Positions 49,765 to 57,384 of a stretch of 64,000 nucleotides of DNA are shown piece by piece. This DNA comes from an uncultured delta proteobacterium (GTDB taxonomy: Bacteria; Desulfobacterota; RBG-13-43-22). The translations under genes were made by a program, and so were the position numbers. Every line of letters begins with the position of its first letter. The stretch's first letter is position 1. The notes under the pieces are model-generated. The model was not told the DNA's origin and did not search any database. It saw only the letters and a list, made by a program, of their open reading frames with translations. Location: contig CAWBOS010000010.1 of the NCBI GenBank assembly GCA_963790475.1, positions 1,120,001-1,184,000 of the forward strand, read 5' to 3'.

Positions 49765-51996
49765 ATGAAGGAAAATGATAAAGCACTATCGGCCCTTCTG
49801 GCTGTTTTCCCGACTCCCGAGACTTTAGTTCAATTCTCCGAAAACATGGATAATAAAAAAGCCCTGGAGTCCTTTATGGACTTCGCGGTTAGAAACAATC
49901 TCATAAAAAAGAAGGACAGAAAAAGTCTGCTGAACCTTATTAGTCAGCATCGCCGGTCAACCCAAGATTTAACGCCGCCGAATAATCTTAATTTTGAAGA
50001 ATTGCTTGAAAAAAAGAAAGGGATCCTCAAATTGAATTTTTCAGGGAGAATATTGACGAACCGAGTCAATGCCCTGATTGCTGAACACCGGATAGAATTA
50101 CCCAGGGTGAGCAATTCCATGCTGAGCCGATTAAAAAAGGAGTCGACTGACACGGCCCATAAAGAGAATGTCTTAAGAAGCCTGGCCTTCTGGTTGGGTC
50201 ACGAACGAAAGGAACTGGGGCCCCTCTGGAATTTTGAAACCTTGGTTAAACTCTGCGGGGAAAGAAAACCGCAGGAAAATTTTCGGGAAGGGGTCCGAAT
50301 CGGGTTTGCCCTCTACAGCCAGGGTGATGTTATCGACCATGACATCATCAATTGGCTTCGAAAGGCCCTGAAAAATTACATCGAACAATCGGTAGGTCAC
50401 TTTCTCTATGGCCGGTGGGGCAAAGTTCGATCGCACGATATCACTACTTTATTTTTGGATTTTCCCAAGGAAGAGGAAGCTGAAGACCCGGCTTATTATC
50501 ACCAATGTCTTAGAAGCGCTGTTTCATTAGCCCATCAGATCGCCCTCCGCTGGGCCTTGTCTAAACACTGCACCAAAAACCGTTTTTTATCCATCGGGAT
50601 CGCCGCCGGCGAATATGCCAATCTGGATAATTACCTGCTCCCCACCTTAAAGGCCAAGCTGCCCGGTGATCCGGTGATTCGGGTTACCGACTATGTCCGG
50701 CAGTGCTTGCTGATCAACGATATCCGGGCCATACTCTGCGAACATCCCAATGAAATTACCCTGTTTACCGGAGAATCTCTGACCATTTGGTGGGTCGTAG
50801 CCCTCTGGAGTAACCTCTATTTTGATTTTGTTCCGGATTTACTGGAAGACCATATCTTAAAAAATACCCCGGCTTCTATTGAGGCCTTGACCCGGTTGCT
50901 CTGGTTGTCACCGGACGAGAGACCCAACTCTTCCGAAATCAATGAGCCGAATGCGGTTACAACTTTTTTTAAATTTCCTCACAATTCGCTCCTGGGGGTG
51001 GAAATTGCCAAAACCCTTTATTTTCGACGGCGTTTCCGGGAAGCGTTGGAGATTCTTCGTATCGTCCTTTCCATCGATCCGACCCATCTGGTCCCCAGGA
51101 CGCTGAGAATGGTTCTGTTCCACAATCTGGCCCTCGACGCGCCGTCTTATACGGCTGCAGAGCATTTATTTAATCAATCGGAACATGAAGCTTTTTTCGT
51201 CGAGGAAAAATGTACCAATCTATCCGAAGATTTTTATTGCGAATATGGGTTGTGTTACCAAACTAAAGCCATGTTGATGGTCCGACTCATGCGCCAAGGA
51301 GAGAAGCCCTTCCCGGACTTGCAAGATCTGGAACAATCAAGGGAGATCGTTTTTCTGGCCTTAAGTAAGGCGGAAAATCTTTTTGAAAAAGGAATGACCA
51401 TATCGCCATCCGGGATCCGATCCTCCTTCCTGTTGGGCAGTGCGAGACTGGTTAAATCGATTTTAAAGAATAACAAAGACCTCTTCATCAATCCCAAGCT
51501 ACCCATCGACAGCAAACCTGAAATAGTCAGGCAGACAGGTAGAGATCTTTATTTGCAACTAGGTCTTTTAAGGCATGAACTTCCGCCGCAACTCCAATAC
51601 GACTTCCTAATCCGATCCGTGTATGACAAATTTGAAATCCATGACAGTTCAATATCTTTACAAACCTATAGAGCCACCACTTATTTCCGTACCGCCGTAG
51701 TCCTGTGGGATTTTGTACCATTTATAAGGACTGCGGCCGTGGCCAAGAAGACTGTCCAATTGATAAATGATGCCAAAGAAATTGCCCAATCGATTGAAAA
51801 AAATGATCTCTCCATTTACTCGTTTAACCGAACCTTGATTGAAATGGTCCCGGTTAAGGAGTTTGTACGGCAGATGGAAAAATCGCTTGAAATGATCAAA
51901 GAGTATGTCGGACGAGATCTAACAATTCTGGATGACCAGGAAATTATCGAATCAAACGGGAGTCTTTCATCAATACTCATGACACTTAATTTTTGA
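49765..51996 (+). CDS. Uncharacterised 743-aa protein, putative regulator (XRE-like HTH + cyclase-like + TPR), paralog 1
   Basis: AAGGAG SD; close paralog of 57385-59613; domain patterns judged by eye (see findings). Confidence 0.8.
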   Translation: MKENDKALSALLAVFPTPETLVQFSENMDNKKALESFMDFAVRNNLIKKKDRKSLLNLISQHRRSTQDLTPPNNLNFEELLEKKKGILKLNFSGRILTNRVNALIAEHRIELPRVSNSMLSRLKKESTDTAHKENVLRSLAFWLGHERKELGPLWNFETLVKLCGERKPQENFREGVRIGFALYSQGDVIDHDIINWLRKALKNYIEQSVGHFLYGRWGKVRSHDITTLFLDFPKEEEAEDPAYYHQCLRSAVSLAHQIALRWALSKHCTKNRFLSIGIAAGEYANLDNYLLPTLKAKLPGDPVIRVTDYVRQCLLINDIRAILCEHPNEITLFTGESLTIWWVVALWSNLYFDFVPDLLEDHILKNTPASIEALTRLLWLSPDERPNSSEINEPNAVTTFFKFPHNSLLGVEIAKTLYFRRRFREALEILRIVLSIDPTHLVPRTLRMVLFHNLALDAPSYTAAEHLFNQSEHEAFFVEEKCTNLSEDFYCEYGLCYQTKAMLMVRLMRQGEKPFPDLQDLEQSREIVFLALSKAENLFEKGMTISPSGIRSSFLLGSARLVKSILKNNKDLFINPKLPIDSKPEIVRQTGRDLYLQLGLLRHELPPQLQYDFLIRSVYDKFEIHDSSISLQTYRATTYFRTAVVLWDFVPFIRTAAVAKKTVQLINDAKEIAQSIEKNDLSIYSFNRTLIEMVPVKEFVRQMEKSLEMIKEYVGRDLTILDDQEIIESNGSLSSILMTLNF

Positions 51997-52023
51997 CCTT
52001 GCAGGTTAAAGCCAGATTTATTT

Positions 52024-52056
52024 TGTTTCATTAAAATTGTGTTTTGCTATAAAAGA
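52024..52056. promoter_or_regulatory. Putative operator, site C (TGTTTCAT-N17-ATAAAAGA)
   Basis: One mismatch to the consensus; lies upstream of the decayed third paralog. Confidence 0.5.
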
Positions 52057-52145
52057 TCATCTGTTTTCTCTCCTAAGAAAATGTCCTAAGGCTGACTTTC
52101 CAATTTCAACAAGGGTGTAGCGTAACCATATCGAAGATTATAAAA

Positions 52146-52266
52146 GTCCCTTATGGAATATTGAGACCTGGCGAAAGCTTGGTAAGGAAAGGAAGCCATC
52201 GGAAAATTACCGTGAAGGGGTTCGATCGGGTTTTTCCTTTGCGGCCGGAGGATTGTCATATAACCA
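52146..52266 (+). pseudogene. Decayed internal fragment of a third copy of the 743-aa regulator family
   Basis: Translates PLWNIETWRKLGKERKPSENYREGVR, versus PLWNYETLRKLCGERKPSENYREGVR in paralog 2; similarity then degrades. Confidence 0.8.
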
Positions 52267-52283
52267 GGCTTTAAATCAACGGC

Positions 52284-53225
52284 TCAGGGCAAGGCCTTTA
52301 TAATTTTTTCCGCATTCCCTCCCAAAAGGGCCTTGATTTCTTCTTGGGTGAAGGTAAGCCCATCGGGAGCGTTTTCCGGTAAGTCCTGGAAAATTTCCAG
52401 CCAGTGCGTGGTCGAGATGGTACCTTCCAGACTGGGATTATCGGTCCCCCAGAGGAATTTTTCGGCCGTGGCTTCATCGAAGGCCTCGCGCAAGATCCGG
52501 CAGAATTTGGCCAAATTTCTTCGGGCCTGGCCCTGCCAGCCGGAGACATCGGCATAAAAGCTCGTCTCTTTGGTCGCTATGAGGTTGACCAGCTCCGGCC
52601 ACCAGCAAAAACCCAGATGGGCTCCGACGACGGTGAGGTGAGGGAAATCGCTGATTACTGCGTCGAGGTTTGCCGGTTGGCCGTATTTACTCTTTAGGGG
52701 CCTGGAGATGGGACCCAAATGGCTGATCAGGGGAATACCCAGTTCCTGGGCTTTGGCCAAAACCCGGTAGGACTCCTCGCCATCCGGATAAAATCCCGAG
52801 GTGGGATGATACTTGAGGCCCCGGCAGCCGTAGTCATTCACCGCCCGGTCCAGGATATCAACGGCCCCTGGCCGCCGCGGATCGATTCCGGCGAAGGCCA
52901 CGATCCGGTCCGGAAAGGCCTTGGCTATCGAACCGTAGAAACGGTTGATCTCATCAATTGACATAGCCGCTTCACCGATTCCGTACCCCCAATCCAGGGC
53001 CAGAATAAAGGTCTTATCCACGCCGGCCTCATCCATCCTGGCGATGAGTTTCGAGCCGTCCGGGTCCATCCATCCGTCCATGATCATAGTCTTGGCCTGA
53101 AGGGAGGTGATTTCGCCGAGCTTATTCCTCCGGCAGTAGGCCACCACCAGGCCGGCCAATTCATCCCAGTAACGGTCCGGCAGGATATCCCAGGTCCAAA
53201 CATGACAATGAGCATCGATGATCAT
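52284..53225 (-). CDS. Amidohydrolase_2 family metal-dependent hydrolase/decarboxylase
   Basis: IIDAHCH, GLKYHP, GAHLG and LWGTDNP; LLGGNA ending. Confidence 0.88.
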   Translation of the reverse strand: MIIDAHCHVWTWDILPDRYWDELAGLVVAYCRRNKLGEITSLQAKTMIMDGWMDPDGSKLIARMDEAGVDKTFILALDWGYGIGEAAMSIDEINRFYGSIAKAFPDRIVAFAGIDPRRPGAVDILDRAVNDYGCRGLKYHPTSGFYPDGEESYRVLAKAQELGIPLISHLGPISRPLKSKYGQPANLDAVISDFPHLTVVGAHLGFCWWPELVNLIATKETSFYADVSGWQGQARRNLAKFCRILREAFDEATAEKFLWGTDNPSLEGTISTTHWLEIFQDLPENAPDGLTFTQEEIKALLGGNAEKIIKALP

Positions 53226-53341
53226 GTCTTATTTCTTCGCTTTCCAAAACACTCCCAGGGAATAGGCCAATCCTGAGGGCAATCAGTCGTTGATCTTATT
53301 TTTATCCTTCAAGGGCTGGCTTGGGTAAAGAAGCGTTACCT

Positions 53342-54319
53342 CTATTTCCGAAGTATTCGGACGCCTGTACCGGCCAGCAGTATGGCCAGAAGAAGGATGA
53401 CACCCTGAATCATGGTCGTATAATAGCCCGGCACCATCATGATGATCAAGCCGTTTATGGCCACAACGACAATGATAACACCCACCAGAGTTCCCCAAAT
53501 ATGGAATTGGCCGATCCGTATGGTGGCCGCGCCGATAAAGCAGGCCCCGAAAGCATCCATCAGATAAGAAGTGCCCTGAGTGGCATTGGCCCCCAATACG
53601 GCCGAGGCGAGGACGATACCGCCGATGGCCGAGCAAAAACCGGACAGGACGAACCCCAGGAGACGGTTGAAGCGGACATCGATACCGGACATGCGGGAGG
53701 CTTCCGGATTGCCGCCGATGGCCTCCATGCGCCTTCCGGTGGTGGTAAAGCTGTGGAAGAGGGCCACCAGGGCCAGCAGGATGATCATCACAAAAAAGCG
53801 GACTGGAATGCCTAAAAAATCACCCCGGCCGATAATGCCGAAATCTTCGGGTAAATTCCAGATGGAAAGCCCCTTGGTAATGGCTAAGGACGTCCCCGTC
53901 AGGACGCTCATGGTAGCCAGGGTGCAGACAAAGGCCGGAAGCTCCAAATAAGCCACCAAAAGACCGTTAACCAAGCCGGCCGCAATTCCGACCAGCAGGC
54001 CGAAAACAATGGACAGGAAAATGCTGTAACCGGCCACCAACGCTAATGCGGTTACGATCCCGGCCATGGCCGCTATGGCCCCTATTGAAAGATCAAAGTC
54101 ACCCATTTTCAAAACGCAGGTCATGCCGGCGGAGAAAATTGAAAGGAGGGCCAACTGCCCCAGCACATTAACCAGGTTTTCCGGGGAGCGGAAGGGGGGC
54201 AGCAGAACGCTGAAGCACAAAACCATGAGCGCCAGGAAAATAAAGGTCCCGTATTTCCCGACGTAAGTAATCCATTTTATCCGCGCACTCGGTGCGCCGG
54301 TTGTTTTCGTCATGTTCAT
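53342..54319 (-). CDS. Rbs-type (CUT2) ABC permease
   Basis: FDLSIG, LPAFVCTLA, AIGGNPEASRMSGI motifs. Confidence 0.9.
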   Translation of the reverse strand: MNMTKTTGAPSARIKWITYVGKYGTFIFLALMVLCFSVLLPPFRSPENLVNVLGQLALLSIFSAGMTCVLKMGDFDLSIGAIAAMAGIVTALALVAGYSIFLSIVFGLLVGIAAGLVNGLLVAYLELPAFVCTLATMSVLTGTSLAITKGLSIWNLPEDFGIIGRGDFLGIPVRFFVMIILLALVALFHSFTTTGRRMEAIGGNPEASRMSGIDVRFNRLLGFVLSGFCSAIGGIVLASAVLGANATQGTSYLMDAFGACFIGAATIRIGQFHIWGTLVGVIIVVVAINGLIIMMVPGYYTTMIQGVILLLAILLAGTGVRILRK

Positions 54320-54381
54320 ACCTTTCTTCTATGTTTCCTTTTTTCTCAAAAAATTGGCCGAAGCTCCGCCCATAAGCCGGT

Positions 54382-55908
54382 TTAATTCCCCAGCAATAGA
54401 TCCATAACCTTTTGTAAGTCGGCCCGGCTGTTGTCCAGTTCGGCTTTGATTTCACCCTTTTCCAGGACCAACACTCTATGGGCCAAACCGACCACCTCGG
54501 TCAGGTCCGAGGAAATCAAAATAATCCCGGTTCCCCTGCGAGCCAGCTCGGTGATCAGTTCGTATAGGGCGAACTTGGCCCCTACGTCGATCCCCCGGGT
54601 CGGTTCATCGCAGATCAAGACCTTGGCCTCGCTGCAAAGCCATTTCGCTAAGATGACCTTCTGCTGGTTGCCGCCGCTTAAAAGGGATACGCTTTGGTCC
54701 AGACCGGAGGCTTTGATATTGGTCGACTCATAAAAAGGCCTGGCCGCCAGGCCTTCCTTGGCCCGGCTTATGACCGGGACCTTGGCCCAGCGCCGGAGCT
54801 TTTGCAGACTGGCCAGGGTAATGTTCTGCTTGACGTCCATGGGCAGGACCAGACCGTCCCGACGGCGTTCTTCCGGAACCAGGGCCACTTTTTGGCTAAT
54901 GGCCTCTTTAGGCGATTTAATTTCAACCGGCTTTCCTTCAATGAAGATCTCACCGGAGTCCTTCTGAAGTGCTCCGAAGATCAGACGGGCCAGAACCGAA
55001 CGGCCCGAGCCGACCAGTCCGGCCAGGCCTAAAATTTCTCCGGCATGGAGTTGAAAACTGACCTTCCGGACCGCCCACCCCCGACTCAGGTCCTTGACTT
55101 CCAAAAGGGTCTTTTCTTGAGGAGGATGCCGTTGGGGGAAGATGTCCCGCAGCTCCCGGCCCAACATCATCTGGTAGAGCTTGCCCGAATCCATCCCAGC
55201 CACATCGGCCGTATCTACTCTTCGAGCGTCGCGGATGACCGTAACCCGGTCGGCGATGCGGAACACCTCTTCCATCCGATGGGAGACGTAAACAATAGCC
55301 TTGCCGGTCGACTTGAGATCGGCGATGGAGTGAAAAAGCTCGTTGACCTCCTCATGGGTGAGCGATGAGGTAGGCTCATCCATGAAGATGATACGGGATT
55401 TTAAGGCCAAGGCCCGGTTAATGATGGTTTTCCATTGCTGGATGATGGTCAAGGCCGAGGCCGGCAAGCGCAGGTCGGCCCCGATAGGCAAAACATCCGG
55501 GATGGTTTGGACCATTTCCACCATCTTGGCCAGGTTGACCAACTTGAAGCGGTTAAGGGGATAACGGCCGAGGAAGATATTTTCCGCCACGGAGAGATGG
55601 GGCACGATATTAAGTTCCTGGTGGATAAAGGCCAGCCCCAGGTCCTGGCTGTCACTCGGGCTGTTGATCTCACAGGGCCGGCCATCGATAAGGATTTCCC
55701 CTTGATCTTCCTTATATAACCCGGCTATGACCTTGATTAAGGTTGATTTTCCGGCCCCGTTTTCCCCCACCAGGGCATGGACTTCACCAGGTCGAACATC
55801 GAAATCCACCTGATCCAGTGCCCGCTGTCCGGGAAAATCCTTGACAATGCCCCTGGCTTCCAGAATCGTTTCCTGACTCATTTTATTAATGGACATAATA
55901 GACTTCAC
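54382..55908 (-). CDS. Rbs-type ABC ATPase with tandem NBDs
   Basis: GENGAGKSTL, MDEPTSSL, LSGGNQQK and DEPTRGIDVGAK motifs. Confidence 0.92.
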   Translation of the reverse strand: MKSIMSINKMSQETILEARGIVKDFPGQRALDQVDFDVRPGEVHALVGENGAGKSTLIKVIAGLYKEDQGEILIDGRPCEINSPSDSQDLGLAFIHQELNIVPHLSVAENIFLGRYPLNRFKLVNLAKMVEMVQTIPDVLPIGADLRLPASALTIIQQWKTIINRALALKSRIIFMDEPTSSLTHEEVNELFHSIADLKSTGKAIVYVSHRMEEVFRIADRVTVIRDARRVDTADVAGMDSGKLYQMMLGRELRDIFPQRHPPQEKTLLEVKDLSRGWAVRKVSFQLHAGEILGLAGLVGSGRSVLARLIFGALQKDSGEIFIEGKPVEIKSPKEAISQKVALVPEERRRDGLVLPMDVKQNITLASLQKLRRWAKVPVISRAKEGLAARPFYESTNIKASGLDQSVSLLSGGNQQKVILAKWLCSEAKVLICDEPTRGIDVGAKFALYELITELARRGTGIILISSDLTEVVGLAHRVLVLEKGEIKAELDNSRADLQKVMDLLLGN

Positions 55909-55920
55909 CTTTGAGAAACG

Positions 55921-55954
55921 TATCCTTCTCCCCGGAAAGCCGGGGAGAAGGATA
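55921..55954. terminator. Perfect 15-bp stem-loop after the binding-protein gene (mRNA stabiliser or partial terminator)
   Basis: TATCCTTCTCCCCGG-AAAG-CCGGGGAGAAGGATA. Confidence 0.65.
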
Positions 55955-55961
55955 GGATGGT

Positions 55962-57002
55962 TTACTTTACTTTAAAATTTGGTTTGCCCTTATAACCGCA
56001 AGGGTTGTAATAATAGCCCGGCGGCGGCACATTGGCCTTGGTCACGAGGTCTGGCATGGAAAACCATACCTCCTCGTCCGTAAACGGCTTTCCGGCAAAG
56101 ATCTTGTCGAGATTCAGGAAAAGACGTTCGGTCCATCTGGGGGCATCCCAGTTGGCACCCGAGGTAGCATAAAGGTTAGGTTGCTCTCGGATCTCTTTGT
56201 AGGTGTTGGGGGCATCATCAGTGGTGGTGACGACGACATCACTTCGCCTCATATCCTTGGCCGCCCTGGCAGCCGGGATGCCGTAACCTTCCCAAGTAGT
56301 CCAAATTCCTTTTATCTCCTTCTTAGTGTCGGCCAGGAGGGCATTTTTAATGGCTTCATAACAGGCTTGTGAGGGATCTCCTCCCGTGCCGGTGTATTGT
56401 AGTTCCTGGGAAATTTTCAGTTTGTACGATTCAAAGACGACTTTGGCTACGTTGAATCGGAACATACCGGTGCTTACCCTGGGATCATAATAAACAAGGA
56501 CTTTATCCCCCGGACGAAGCTGGGAGACTAAAGCCAGGGAGCTCAAAGCCGCGAAGCCCGCTTCCGGGGCTATGCCGTGTGAAATTACCCCCGGGACCAT
56601 GGCTCCGCAGGCGATCCCCTGAACCGGGATCCCCTTTTTGTAGGCTTTCAGAATTTGCTGATCTTCATATTTGAAGTCCGTCCAGTTAATGATAATGCCG
56701 TCATAGCCGGCGGTAATCATGTTGTCCATGGTGGCCTGCGCTTTGGCAACATCTCCCTGAATATCAAAAATCTGCAGGTCCCAGCCCCGCTTTTTGGCAT
56801 ATTGCCGGTAATAATTGTTGGCCAGGGCCGAGACCTCGATTCCACCAATCAAATCCAGGACGCCGATTTTTATCTTTTTCTTCCCCTTGGGTTGAATCTG
56901 AAAAACCCCGGCCTGGGCGGATCCGAGGGTTGTGGCCAGGAATATCACGGCCACCAAAAGCATGAGCACGACTTGCATCCTTTTCATCATGTTTTTTCCC
57001 AT
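55962..57002 (-). CDS. RbsB-like periplasmic substrate-binding protein (divergent)
   Basis: Signal peptide; D.QGDVAKAQATMDNMITAGYDGIII, AYKKGIPV; first gene of the ABC operon. Confidence 0.85.
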   Translation of the reverse strand: MGKNMMKRMQVVLMLLVAVIFLATTLGSAQAGVFQIQPKGKKKIKIGVLDLIGGIEVSALANNYYRQYAKKRGWDLQIFDIQGDVAKAQATMDNMITAGYDGIIINWTDFKYEDQQILKAYKKGIPVQGIACGAMVPGVISHGIAPEAGFAALSSLALVSQLRPGDKVLVYYDPRVSTGMFRFNVAKVVFESYKLKISQELQYTGTGGDPSQACYEAIKNALLADTKKEIKGIWTTWEGYGIPAARAAKDMRRSDVVVTTTDDAPNTYKEIREQPNLYATSGANWDAPRWTERLFLNLDKIFAGKPFTDEEVWFSMPDLVTKANVPPPGYYYNPCGYKGKPNFKVK

Positions 57003-57245
57003 GTTACTCTCTCCTTTTATCGATGTTGGTTTAAAAAAAAATGGTTTGCAGACGTCGACCCGGGTTAGGTGGTTCCCTGTGGCCGATGAGAACTATTAAA
57101 CAATCGCCTCCTTTCCTTTGGTAACAAACATTCCACTTCAGCCCCTCCTTAAGGGTAACAATCATTAACTTGGGGGGTTTTATGAAAAAAGGGCCGGATC
57201 AAATTGCCATAGGGTCTTTTCTTGACAAACGAAGGTTTTTATGAC

Positions 57246-57274
57246 TCTATATTCTTTGTTAAAACAACTGTCAA
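57246..57274 (-). promoter_or_regulatory. sigma70 promoter of the Rbs-type ABC/amidohydrolase operon
   Basis: TTGACA-17 bp-TATAGA; shares TTGACAGTT...GAATATAGA with the promoter at 38705-38733. Confidence 0.65.
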
Positions 57275-57284
57275 CTTTTTAAAT

Positions 57285-57318
57285 TGTTTTATTAAAAATA
57301 TCATTTTATCATGAAACA
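57285..57318. promoter_or_regulatory. Putative operator, site D (TGTTTTAT-N18-ATGAAACA)
   Basis: Inverted repeat 10 bp upstream of the -35 box and 66 bp upstream of paralog 2. Confidence 0.65.
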
Positions 57319-57384
57319 TTCTATTGTTTTTTCATTCCCCAATCCCCACTTTGATAAAATATATTGTAAAAAAGGAATAACTGC

